Source of the DNA: Microbotryum violaceum
Taxonomy: Eukaryota
Assembly: GCA_001244265.2 (NCBI GenBank)
Contig: CDLV01000005.1
Span: 1,178,001-1,242,000, forward strand
Direction of reading: 5' to 3'
DNA length: 64,000 nucleotides
Under the pieces are notes generated by a model. It did no database searches and was not told the origin of the DNA. It worked only from the letters and a program-made list of their open reading frames with translations. Of this stretch, positions 1 through 11,753 are shown in pieces. Positions within the stretch are counted from its first letter, which is position 1; the number at the start of each line of letters is the position of its first letter. A program made the translations under genes and the position numbers.

Positions 1-154
1 CATTAGGTGAGGTTGCGCTTGGACCCATCCATGTGCACGCCACTGCGCGATCAGGATCGATCAGGGGCGCACTCATGGCCTCGGCTCGTGTTCCGCCGCC
101 GCCGCCGCACCTGACCACCCAGTCCAGTCCTCCATCCCGCTCAGCGATTACAGA

Positions 155-904
155 ATGGCCCCACCCAAGAGCGACCGCTTCATCGCCTCTGACGACGAGC
201 TCGACGATGATCTAGATGCAGGATATGGGACCAAGAAGGTCGGTTTGCGCTTGACATCACGTATTGACGCGCATCGTAGTTGACCCCGCCTCGTCCTTCA
301 TCATCACAGTCGAGTAAGAAGGCGCAGGGGAAGAAGAAGGCTACTCCTACCAAGAAGACGGCAAAACGAAAGTCGAAGAGCTCCGACAATGATGACGAAG
401 ATGAGGAAGACGATGACGACGATGAGGAAGACGACGAGGACGAGGCTGAAGAGACCGACGAAGACGAGGACGAGAACGAAAAACCCAAGAGGAAGAAGCA
501 AAAAAATACCTCTAGCTCAAGTGGAGGGATGCTCAAGAACGACTCGGGTGAACGCTACGTCGTGTTGGGCAACAACAAGCGCGTGACGGTGCGCAAGTTT
601 AACAAGGCCAAGCTGATTGACATTCGAGAGGTACGCTCGCTCATTGACGGATCGTTAAAGTTTCCTCGACCCCAATCTCACTAGAGCTGATTTCTGGACG
701 GAAATCCATCGCTCAGACCTACGACAAAGATGGCAAGACGGGTCTACCGGGCAAGAAGGGCATCTCGCTCTCGCCAGAGCTGTGGGAGAAGCTCAAGGCC
801 TCGATCGCCGACGTCAGTGCTCGCCGAACAGCACCGATTGGCTTTCAATCTCGCTCAACTGACTTTGGCTTCTTTAGATCGATGCGGCTATTGGAGCACT
901 ATGA
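155..904 (+). CDS. SUB1: PC4/Sub1 ssDNA-binding transcriptional coactivator (4 exons)
   Basis: Spliced model MAPPKSDRFIAS..., then an acidic/basic low-complexity stretch, then the PC4 motif 'LGNNKRVTVRKFNKAKLIDIRE|TYDKDGKTGLPGKKGISLSPELWEKLKASIAD|IDAAIGAL*'. Canonical introns at about 239-309, 631-716 and 813-877. Confidence 0.9.
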
Positions 905-1771
905 TTTTGGGGCATTTTGAGGGACGTCGGGCGTCGTCTTGGACATCGATTGGTCAGGGATTCCGATTGGCACCTTTGCATCGAGGAAAACCCTTGGAGC
1001 AGATTGGCGATGATCGCCGCAGAAACGAATAATTTTGGATTATGACCGACACTTGGGGGCTAATTATAATATGACTGTCTTGTTGCGCGGAACGCCGTTC
1101 GAGCAGCATGAGCAAAATCATGCACTAACTTTATTTCCGAGTCCAATGCACGAGCCAAGGGGAGTGACAAAGTGCGAAGGGTCTCGCAGTACAGTCTTTT
1201 TTAACGGCGAATTGAAATGATATAATGAGAGACTGTCGAGAACACATCGCACTCTTTCGTCTAGAGGGATCACACAAGCTCGGCCGATTCTCCCCCGCCG
1301 AAATTCACCCAAAGAGGTCCGTGCGAGTCAGCGGTGCGCATGCGATCGCCCGACTTGCAGCTTGCAGCCAAGCCAATGGGGCCACCACGACTTGTTGACC
1401 CTGCACCTTCCCCCGTCGTCGTAGTTCATCCGTTTCCGGTGCGTTGAGCCCACCCACGTACCTTGCTGACCGTGTACTCGATTGCTGATTCTGTTGTACC
1501 CTCTCACTCGTCTCGTTGTCCTGCTCGTGCGCCGTCGTTTTCCTGCCCGCCGGTCGTCTCTCCCGTCGCCTGGCTCGCTCTCGCCGCCCCGGCCGGGCCC
1601 ACACCACACGAAACTCGCACCTCGCACCCGCCTGCGCCCGCCTGCCAAAAACTCGAAATCGCCTTACGCCCACGACCCACTTGGCCCATCTGACGCCCTC
1701 CTGGCAACCCAACCCACCCTCCAACCCTCACCTTGACCATCTCTTCAGCCCACCCCTCAAGTAAAACAACC

Positions 1772-2720
1772 ATGTCGTCTTCCAAGGTCCGCGCGAGCGA
1801 GTTGCAGAGCAAGAAGCGCGACGAGTTGCTCAAGCAATTGGACGAGCTCAAGACGGAGCTCGTCTCGCTGCGTGTGCAAAAGATCACCGGCGGCAACGCG
1901 TCCAAGTTGTTGCGAATGTGAGTTGGACTCTCGTTGGTTTGGATTGGATTGCAGCCGGTGTTGGATCCGAGTGCTTGGATGCACGATTCGGTCGACGACG
2001 CACCCATTTCGTTCAGGCGCGGGCGGCTGCGACACTGAGCCTGGGCCCGGGCCTATACCGAGGACGACTTGGCCCCAGCCCCAGCGCACTTTTCCCACCC
2101 GACGCTCTCACTGGGGGGACTACACCACTCTTGGATCCGACTACAGCACATGAGGACGTTTAGGAAGATTGGAAACGACGCATGGGCTATTGCAATGTGG
2201 AGGAATGGCTCGAGGGTTGGCACGGTTCGAGGTTCAACTGGGTCATGCTTGGGCATCGCAGCTTCAGGCCCGGGCGAGCGGCATCGGCCGGTCCACACCC
2301 CCTCGACCCGGTTGGCCCATCGGGCGCGCCCGACCTCCACCCACCACCACCACCACTTCGCAATCGCCGAACTCTGAACTGACAACATCCTTCATTCCCC
2401 ATCTCGCAGCTCCACCGTGCGCAAATCGATCGCCCGCGTTTTGACCGTGATCAACCAAAAGACGCGCTCGAACCTGCGCGAGCTGTACAAGAACAAGAAG
2501 CAGTTGCCCTTGGACTTGCGCGCCAAGAAGACGCGAGCGATCCGAAGGAGGCTGACCTTGCACGAGCGCACGATTCAGACCGAGAAGGCCAAGAAGCGTC
2601 AAATCCACTTCCCCAAGCGTCGTTTCGCCGTCAAGGTGAGTTGATGCACAGTCGTCGTCGTCGAGTGTGGGGGGTGGGGAACTGATCTTGGAACTGCTCC
2701 GACTTTCTCAAAAGGCTTAA
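1772..2720 (+). CDS. RPL35: 60S ribosomal protein L35 (uL29)
   Basis: [37 protein letters not shown]... and [15 protein letters not shown]...[18 protein letters not shown]. Introns 1918-2410 and 2636-2714; the last coding exon GCT TAA gives the typical ...AVKA* end. Confidence 0.97.
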
Positions 2721-3861
2721 GCGGTCTTCTAATGTTGGGGAATTGGGAATTTTGTACGGAGTGAAGAGTAGGGGGGGAAGGGAGTAGCGCAACGAAGGGG
2801 GGTGTTGTTCCGAAGGGATGTTTCACACTGCAAGCATTTTGACGGGACCACTTCCAAAAATCGGACCCCCAGGCCTAGGGGAAGCTAGGATTTGGGTATC
2901 TTCTTCTTTGACCGTATGATGGGAATACCAGCCATTGTTCGGCAAAACCTATTGCGTGTCTGCGGAGGGTGTTGAGAGAGTGAGAGTGCGTGTGGGCCCT
3001 GGTGGGAGTGATGAGAGAGAAGTCGCAAAGATTGCTTGGTGGAAAGCTCTGCTTCAATTTGGCCTCGAGGAATTAGCCCCTCGAGATGACTTGGGATCCG
3101 CACAGTCTTGCGACGACTGGGAACACTTGTCTTGATCTTGGAAGTGCTCCTACAATGCATTTTGGGGGTGACTGCTACGGTGATCAACAGCTTTCGGCTG
3201 AGTTGTTCGACACCGGCATCAAGGGTCCATAAAAGACGTCGGCAAGCCCGGCCAGGCCTCGGGAATCGGCATCATTCGAAACGTCAGTCCGCAGCCGACT
3301 CAAAAACGAATCACGATTCACTGATTCAGGCCAAGGGCGACGGCAAAGCGGATCGTGAAAGGTCCGAAGATACGGATATGCGATGGACACGACAGAGGCC
3401 AGAGAAACTAATAGACTGAAGCTGTGAGAGGTGCGCCCCCCCCCACGGGCCTTGCCCACAACTGAGACAACTTGCTCTCCTCTCGTCGTTTGGATAGTCT
3501 TTTTTTCCTTTAGACCTTTTAGACGACTTAGATGATTTGGATCAACCTGAAACGACTAGAACACGTCAACAGTCTAGTTCTCGCGACATTTGAGGGATCA
3601 AACCCTTACATCAGCTGAGGCAGGGAATGCAAGTTTGAGCGAGCGGTGAGCGGTAACTCATCCGCCTTGAGAGCGGTGAGCTCAAAAGCCTGCACTCTGA
3701 GTGGAGGGAACAGTTAACAGTTGGCGCCGTGACCTGCCAGCCTGGGCGTCGCGGTCTGTCGCGGTCTGTCGCGGTCGGCTCGGTCGGCTGGGGTCGGCGC
3801 CGCTGCCACCCCTCCGCGCCGCTCTCTCCCCCGTCTTCGCCCCACTCAGACGAACCCCACG

Positions 3862-5150
3862 ATGGCTTTCCTGTTGCGCCAAGCGATCCAGTCGACGTCG
3901 AGGACGTCAATGCAGACCGTGCGCTCCTTCTCGAGTGCCCGAGTCGCTCGATCGGACGCGTTGATGGTCGTACGTCCGACTCGACTTTCTTGACGATCGG
4001 AGGAGGCGCGGAGTGGATATCATAGCATAGCTTACTGGTCTTGTGTTTGCACCACCTGTTTGAACAGCACCGCAACTCTTCACACAACAATCCTTCCGTA
4101 CGTACCGAGTTTCTGTCTCGGTGGGAAGAGGGACTCCCTGGCTCTCCCCACGCATTAACCATCCCCGCCGTGTCAAGTCCAGTACAACTAAACCTTTTCA
4201 TCAACCACTTCCATCAAATCACCACAGATCCCCTTCTCCCTTACGGCGGAGAACCAAAAAGTCGCCGAGAAGATTATCGCCAAGTACCCGTCTCAATACA
4301 AGAAGGCCGCCGTGATTCCTTTGCTAGAGTTGGCGCAGATCCAGAACAAGAACTTTACGAGCATCTCGGTCATGAATGAGGTTGCGAGGATCTTGGAGAT
4401 GCCGCCTATGAGGGTTTATGAGGTCGCTTCGTTTTATACCATGTTCAACCGGTGCGTTCAAGGAGAGGAGATGGGGTTTTTGAGAACGGGCGGCGTCGAG
4501 CAGAAGATTCAGACTGATCACAATCACTCTTACTTTAACCCTCACTCCAGGGAACCCGTGGGAGACCACTTCATCCAAGTGTGCACGACCACGCCCTGCA
4601 TGCTTGGCGGAGCAGGCTCGGACGTGATCGTCGAAGCGATCCAAAAACACCTTGGTATCGGATTGGGTCAAACGACCAAAGACAACAAGTTCACTTTCAT
4701 CGAGGTCGAATGCTTGGGCGCTTGTTCGAATGCGCCTATGGTGCAGATCAATGATAAGTTTTATGTACGTCCCAAAGGGACGATGCGGGAGAGATGGTCT
4801 GAAAGAGCTGGACTCCGTCCCATGCTTCCCAAAACAACAACTCACTGACTCATGTGATCCCTCTTCGCATTTGGCAGGAGGACCTGACCCCCGAATCGAT
4901 CGTCTCGGTGCTCAGGGACCTCTCGGCCGGTAAAGAACCCAAGACGGGCCCGCAGTCCAAGAGAAAAGGCAGCGAACCGGACGGACCGTTGACCGCCATG
5001 ACAGGGGAGGTGAGTTTGTTTTGCGCACAGGCGCGGTCTCAAGAGGCAAGCGAACGAAGGTCGGAAATTGATGGCGATGCGTGATGTCCTTGGATCTGAT
5101 ATGTACAGCCACCAAAGCCCGCGGATATCTTTGCGCCTGAATGGCGTTGA
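3862..5150 (+). CDS. NDUFV2: NADH:ubiquinone oxidoreductase 24-kDa subunit (NDUFV2/NuoE family), mitochondrial
   Basis: Presequence [10 protein letters not shown]..., then 'SDALMV|HRNS', '[15 protein letters not shown]', '[13 protein letters not shown]', and the 2Fe-2S ligand motifs '[10 protein letters not shown]' and '[18 protein letters not shown]'. Multiple GT-AG introns. Confidence 0.95.
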
Positions 5151-5497
5151 TTGGACCAGGGTTGAGCAAACGGGAGTCGGGACGAAACGTTTGGAAGGGT
5201 TGAGGGTGGGAACGAAGTGTAATGGCGTAGATGAGGTTTGGATTTCTGACGGACCGGTCTCTTGCACTCGTAATTGTTTTCTTCTTTGGGCTTACGTTCG
5301 TCGCTGCGGTCAGGAGAATGAGAGAGATCGGGCAGGGGCTAAAAGATTTATTTTAGGGCTCAATTCAAAGATCATGAGAGTAGGGCGGCACCTATGGGTT
5401 CGGACGATAAGAAAGCAAGGACTATACGTCATGGGAAGACAAGAAAATCCAGGAACTTAAGGATAATTAAATGTACATCGATCAAACAGCCAATCTC

Positions 5498-6754
5498 TCA
5501 AACCTTTGCCATTCCTTGCTGCTGAGGATACGTTCCCTGGGGATGCGTCCCCGCACCAATGGGATATGGAACAGGGGCTTGGTGGTGAGCTTGTTCTTGA
5601 GGCGCGTTGGGGTCGACGTTAGGGTTGGCGGCGCTTTCGCCATGGACGCTGTAAGGCGCTTTCCAGGTCTCGAGGTGGTTCTGTGACTTGGTGCCCGATC
5701 GAATTCCAGCAGCGATGAGGTTCCCCAAGAGGAGGGTCAACGTGATCCAGCTGAGCCAACCGAAGCCCTGAAGAAGAACGTCGTTGATGGAGAACATGAG
5801 TCGGTGCCAAAGAGTCTCGAAGCTCTTTGAGTGTTCAATTTTCTATTTTATAGTCAAACTACTTACTTGGGTGGCACGGGAGAGGTGGCAGAGGTTGTGA
5901 TAGCATCGGTAACCCGAGGGGAAGTTGGTGCTGAGTTCGGCGGAGCCGGCTGAGTGGCAGGGAAGCCGGTAGGCGAAGTCAGTTACCAGTGAATGAGGTC
6001 GAACAGCGCAGCGTTCTTTTCCCAAGCGGGACCCACCTAAGAAGAGGATCCAGAGGAATGCAACCACAGCCGTCTAGATAGCAGAGTGGACGGAATGAGC
6101 GAGCTCGTCGAGCAAGTTCGTGGGGCAGATTCTTCGCCATGCCCAGCGCAGAATGAACTTACCTCGACGAGCAAGGAGCCGACGATGCTGGGGTTGCCTC
6201 GACGATGAACGGCGAGATACCTGTTGTAGGAATGAGCCTCCTCCTCATTAGATTAGTAAACGCTTCCTAATGACCTTAAGGGTTTTCAGACCCGCGCCGA
6301 CTCACAAGCCAATCAACCCAAAGCCGAGTATGGACGAGGCCAACAGGAGCGCGGCACCATTGAAATAGAATTCAAGCTCGGAGTTGGTGCGGGCGATGAA
6401 GCTACAGCACCGAATAGACAAGAGTCGATGTCAGCTTCTCTACGCTTGAGCAGCTCGAGCAAAGACCCATCAGCGACTCGTCGCCGAGCCAAGAGATTTG
6501 AACGGGCCCGGGCCGGGACTTAGTTTGGCAGCACAGCCAACGGTCGGCGAGCTGCGGAAGCGGTGACGTCGCCGCCGAGAAAATGGAGTCTGGCGGGCCC
6601 AGCGCGCGCTCGCTTCGGGAAGTATCTGGGACGGAACACCATCTCAAGAGCGAAGAGACCGGACTCACACAATGGAGACGATTAAGGTAAGGAAGAACCA
6701 AAGGATGAGGGTGTAGTAGAGCTGTTCGCGGATCCAATGCCAGAGGTGGAACAT
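5498..6754 (-). CDS. MARVEL-like four-TM membrane protein, paralogue A (6 exons)
   Basis: Spliced translation MFHLWHWIREQLYYTLILWFFLTLIVSI|CFIARTNSELEFYFNGAALLLASSILGFGLIGL|YLAVHRRGNPSIVGSLLVE|TAVVAFLWILFL|AGSAELSTNFPSGYRCYHNLCHLSRATQ|GFGWLSWITLTLLLGNLIAAG.... It has four hydrophobic segments, a Cys pair in the last loop and a Pro/Gln tail. The MARVEL assignment is inferred from topology. Confidence 0.75.
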
Positions 6755-7762
6755 GGTTGCAAGCAAGCGGGGGCGGTCACTTGTGACGGTGAACAAAGAT
6801 ATTCCACGGTCCGAAAACGAGGCGTGAGCACGTGATAGGACGTCAGTCAAAAAATCAGGATAGTGCGGAGCTTAGCGGTTGTGAGCGGATGTGAATTGAC
6901 TGCAGGCCTTACCTTGAGTTATGGGAACGCTTTGGGTGGGTTGCTTGACGATGAGTTGTGGGCTGGTAGTAGTGAGGGAAACGAAGGAAGAGAAAGGAAC
7001 GCGAAAGAAGGAACGTCGTCCACTCTGGAGAAGCCAAGGCTTCCCCAGCAGCGACAGCGGCGCTTGGGTCGAAACTTTATCAGAAACCGAAACCCCGGCC
7101 GAGTTTTCGTCGCATGGGTCACATGATACCTTGCCCCTCTCCGTTAGGCATGACATCTTAAAGCCCACTCGTATCAAGATCGAGCTCATGGACCCCGGCA
7201 GGTGCTCTGGTGGGTGTCAAATGACTGCTCATCCCCGTCAGCTTGCTTTCATGACTTCGGCTCCAATTGGATCGTCGGGCCGAGTGGCTGTGCAGATTTT
7301 GACAATTTGTCGAGTTTTGACTGCTGTCAGATGACAGTTCACCCGCCGATTCAAACGTATCTGCGTGTGATCATTCACTTGTGCGAAGCTGCTGCACAGC
7401 CTCGAAGAAGCACAGCCGCTCGAACGCTCAATGGCGCTGAGTGGCCGGCCGCAGAGGGGTCGTCGTCGTCTTCAACGGCTCCCACGAATGTGACTATAAT
7501 TCGGCTCACTTAAGACTGGTTGCAAAAGACTCTGCGCACGCCCGATTTTATAAGCCCAGTAGCGGGACTGGAGTAGTCATTATCATAAATGCAGAGAGCT
7601 GTTTCAGAGAAGGGGTTGAACTAGCCATGTACGTTATAGAGGCGTGACAAGAAAACAAAGAAGATATCGGACAAAAGATGCCGGGGGACGTCATGAGCAC
7701 TGATGGTTGTATGTGATACTAAAGTACGTTTGGGAATTGCGCCTTTCAGGTCTACGCTCCGA

Positions 7763-8821
7763 TCAGACTTCAGTCATGGGGATCGGTGCAGTCGGGCGGG
7801 CGATGTCGGCTGCGGCGGGTTGACCAGTTTCCAGAGGGGCGCTCACGGACAAGGGCGTAGGAGCTTCGTTCGGAGGGGGTTGTACTGGGTCGCGCCCTCT
7901 AAGGCAGACCTTGTAAGGTGCCCTCCATGCCGCGGTGTGGTTCTCGATCCTCACGCCATAGGTGATGCCCGCCACGAAAAGGTTGAAGAGTAGCCAGCCG
8001 AGCATGAACCAGGTGATCCACGCGGACGCCTGAGAAGGGCGAGCCATACTTGTTTGATTAGTGCTCCCCAAAGGAGAAATTGATAGAAAACTTGAAATCA
8101 TGCTTACCAATGTGAGACGAGCGAAAGTACAGATGTGACGAATGCAGACCGATCCGGAGGGAAAGTCACCAGAGAGGTCCGCGGCGCCGACTACGCCCAA
8201 CAACGGTAGATGGGGTTAGCACAGCTGAAGACGCCGAGAGGGCGAGTGAGGATCTGCTTACCGAGGAAGAGGACCCAAAGAATCCAAACGCCAAGCGTCT
8301 AATCCAAGTCATAACTTGGACCCGTCAATAAAACCGCCTTTGAATCAAGTTCAACCACAGGGGCTAAGAACTTACTTCAAAGAACAGCGAGGCGCCAAGG
8401 GATTCATAGTTGTTCGCGTGAGCGACAAAGTGCCTGTACAGCAGAAGCAGAACTTGAGGATTAGTACCGGAAGTACGCGAAACTACATTCAGGGCGCTCT
8501 TACAAGGCGATGAAGATGTTACCGATCACGGACGACGACAACAAGAGCGAAGCCGAGTTCCAGTGATAGCCAAACATGGCTTCGCTCCTGCCAATGAAGC
8601 TGGAGGGTCACAAGCCAGACGAACAGCGCGGTGTGTAGAGTCATGTGTTAGTTCGGGCATGGAGTCATGGCGTAACTTTCGAACATCGCCACACTTGTGA
8701 ACCGAAGGAGACGTTGGGAATGACCCAGCACTTACGAAGCAGAGAAAATGGTGGTCAAGGCGAGCAGAATCGCGATGGTGAAGTAGAGCAATTGGCGAGC
8801 GGCGCTCCAGAGGGCTAACAT
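7763..8821 (-). CDS. MARVEL-like four-TM membrane protein, paralogue B (6 exons)
   Basis: MLALWSAARQLLYFTIAILLALTTIFSA|SFIGRSEAMFGYHWNSASLLLSSSVIGNIFIAL|HFVAHANNYESLGASLFFE|TLGVWILWVLFL|VGAADLSGDFPSGSVCIRHICTFARLTL|ASAWITWFMLGWLLFNLFVAG.... It aligns exon by exon with 5498-6754. Confidence 0.75.
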
Positions 8822-10139
8822 GCTGAACTACATGTGGGAGGAGTGAGGTTCGGCATCGTTCGGATGCTTGTCAGCCTTTAATGATGGAGACCTGGCCCCC
8901 ATAGCCATACAGGTGGGTGGGTAAAGCTCACCTTGCGCTGTAATAGCTAAGTGTAGACGTTGAAGGTGTTGTTGGCCTCTCGGTGAACAGTGAGTGGCAA
9001 AGAAGAGAAAGGGAAGATGACGACTCCAAGCCCTGGATTGGCGGCGCCCTCCCAGGTCGGAAGTGTAACGCCGGGCCGACAACAAGGGGCACTGCATCGA
9101 TCGTCTCAGGAGACACCCGGCGAAACTAGCTAATGGCAGCGCCTATGACTCGAGACTAGGTAAGCGGCCCCGTCAACAGTGGCTGTGCGGGGAAGATCTG
9201 GAAGAAAAAAAATAGGCAGAGTGGTCATAGTATGGCATGCAGTCACAGGCTGCAGAAATAGATAGACATACCTGTTCGAACGGTGCCGGTTTTCGAGCCG
9301 GACGGTGGCCCCCGCCGCCCCTCTCGGTCCTCTGCGACGCCCGCCTCCAATGACATTGTTGGAGAGGAATCAAGACAGTCAGACTTGAAGTAGACTTGCC
9401 TTGTCGCGTCATGGAGCTCTAGCGGCGAACTGTGCCCGCAACTTTCTTGATCCGCTGCAGTGACTGGTGTGCTCTTTAGAGCCGTGTCATCCGGTGTAAG
9501 GTATGCGCCTCTGATGTGCATAAAATACAATCTGTCGTTCTTGACCACTAGAATAAAAGCAAGTCGTAACTAGAACTCGGCAGTTCTAGCTACTCAGAGG
9601 CTACTTATAGGGCTGTTCTGTAAGGCATCCCCTTACATCCGGCAACTCTCGCTGTCACCCAATACGGTCTTCGAAGGTGGAAGCCGGCAGGGATGTAGAC
9701 TTCCTAAAATGGCGGGAGCGATCTGCAACGACGTTAATAGTGTACGCTAACCGAGCTGAGTTGGTGCCGCACAGGAGGTGCGTAGAGGTTCGTCGTTCGC
9801 TAAAACTCGGCCCGAGGCCCGCGCGTACGTAGAAACGACTCGGTGCCACCGCCATAGGCATCTCGAGAGGCGACTTTCTGGTTCGTGAGATACAACCGGA
9901 AGGTTTCTTCCAAATTCAAGTGTCCAAATGGGGGAATCCACGCAGTGACGAAGATCACACGCGGGTGCAGAGTAATCTGATCACGTGACATTACCGGCAG
10001 AGGTCGCCGACCTCTCGCGCGAGGTGGACTGGTTCGACCCGAAGAACCTCTTCCTCCCTCGAGCTTGGGCGCACACGAAGGCACTATGGCCCGGAATCAC
10101 CAGCAGAGGTGGCTCAAGATTCGACTGGAGCTGCACGCG

Positions 10140-11450
10140 ATGTCCGTGTTGTCGCCCTTGCGGTCCCCTGGCGCCAAAGCGGTGCAGCTGTACTGGGTTG
10201 TCGCGATCGCCTCGACCTTGCTCTCGACGTGGATCGGCAGTTTGAGCGAATACCGGTGCGTTGGACCAAATAAACACAACCTGAACTCACTCGAAGCAAA
10301 TTGACCAGAGCTGCCAATGTAATAGGCTCCCCCACACGCTGCTCACGACGTCTCTGCACCTCTCGTTCGCGCTCGCAACCGTCGTCGTGTTGTCATCGCT
10401 AACCACAAACTCCCCAGGCACTCGATTTCGCCAACTCGCCTCCTCCCCACCCAGCGGCCCTCGAAATTTTGATTATCTTCTTCTCCCCCGACCTTTGACC
10501 CTCTCAACCATCCTCACCCCCGTCGCGGTGTCCACGGTCGTCTCGGCTCAAATCTCGGCCCTGCACGAGGATTCGCTTGCCTCCGTCGCCGAACAACCCT
10601 TCATATCCTTCATCCGCATCTTGCCCATCTTCCTCTTCATCTGTCTCCCTCTAAAGGATTCGGCGAGCTGGCCTCGAATCACGGCGACTCTTCTTGGCCT
10701 CGTGCTCGGTGCTGGGCCCGCGGTTCGGATCAACGGCGGCAGCCCGACGGCGTGGTGGTGCGGCGGCGTTTGGGCCTTCTCGACTTGTGTATGGGCATTT
10801 GGACTACATGTTGGTCTTGGTGTCAAAACACACCAGACCGTAAAACCAACGGAGGAGCAACAGACGACCGAGGCCCCTCCGACTGGCACCGGGTAAGTGC
10901 AAGTTCAAGCTTTTCCCCCTTCGAAGCCCGCTCATCATGCCATCGCTCCCATCGCTTCCTCCCAGAAGCATCCCACGAGTGAACCTTCCCATATATCTTG
11001 GGCTTTTACTGCTTTTCAACATGATGTTGCTCGTCTTCTCAGGAGAAGTGGGACGCGCTTCCTCGTCGGGTCATTTCGGCTTCTTTACCTCCGCCGGGTT
11101 TTGGATCCAGGAACTCGTCATGGCTTGGTGCAACTTGGCACGGCTCGTCGCGTTCTGGGTTCTGTTTCATGTGAGGTCATGCGCTATGGTCCCCGGATTT
11201 CGATGAAAGAATACTGATATTCCTTGCGTCCGTGGTTCAGCACCTCGATCCCCTCTCGATCCTTCTGGTCGCCTCCGTCAAAGACTTCTTACTCCCTCTC
11301 GCCACGTCCCTCACCTTTGGCAATCCCCTCATCACGCAAGAACAAACAGGTTCGGCCTTGACGACATGGCAGCAAGCGCTCATTATTGCTGGGGTAGGAT
11401 GGAGTGCACTGAGTGAGGGTCAGGCTGGGACGAGGAGGAAGCGCGGTTGA
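10140..11450 (+). CDS. Divergent multi-pass transporter, probably triose-phosphate/nucleotide-sugar transporter (DMT superfamily)
   Basis: Spliced exons give many TM segments. The N-terminal 'LYWVVAIASTLLSTW...LPHTLLTTSLHL' and C-terminal 'LDPLSILLVASVKD' resemble TPT-family motifs. An in-frame ATG at 10086 is an alternative start. Confidence 0.55.
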
Positions 11451-11753
11451 AACTCTTTAAGGTCTAATTCTGGAAGTATATGTAGTCGTGCACACATGTT
11501 GTATTCGTAACAAGTCTTCTCCGCACGAGCCCTCAGCTGATCTCGGGAATCGTACCGCTCGTACCTCTAAGAGGACTTTGTCGTCTCTCTCGTCCAGCAT
11601 CAAAACCTGCAAGACGATATTATTCATTTACTGTGTACGATGTATCTAGACGCAATGCCCAACACTGCGACTCGCTCATACCTTCATCCACAAACAAGCT
11701 CGTGAACAAAAACTAAAAAAAGTACGTCACTTAAGAAGAGAACAATGCTATGC

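Noticed and set aside
3500..3700. Possible C/D snoRNA or structured RNA upstream of NDUFV2 (GATGAT...CTGA, TTTGAGC/GCTCAAA stem)
   Set aside because: The box C match is poor and I recognised no rRNA-complementary guide. Evidence is insufficient without an Rfam scan.
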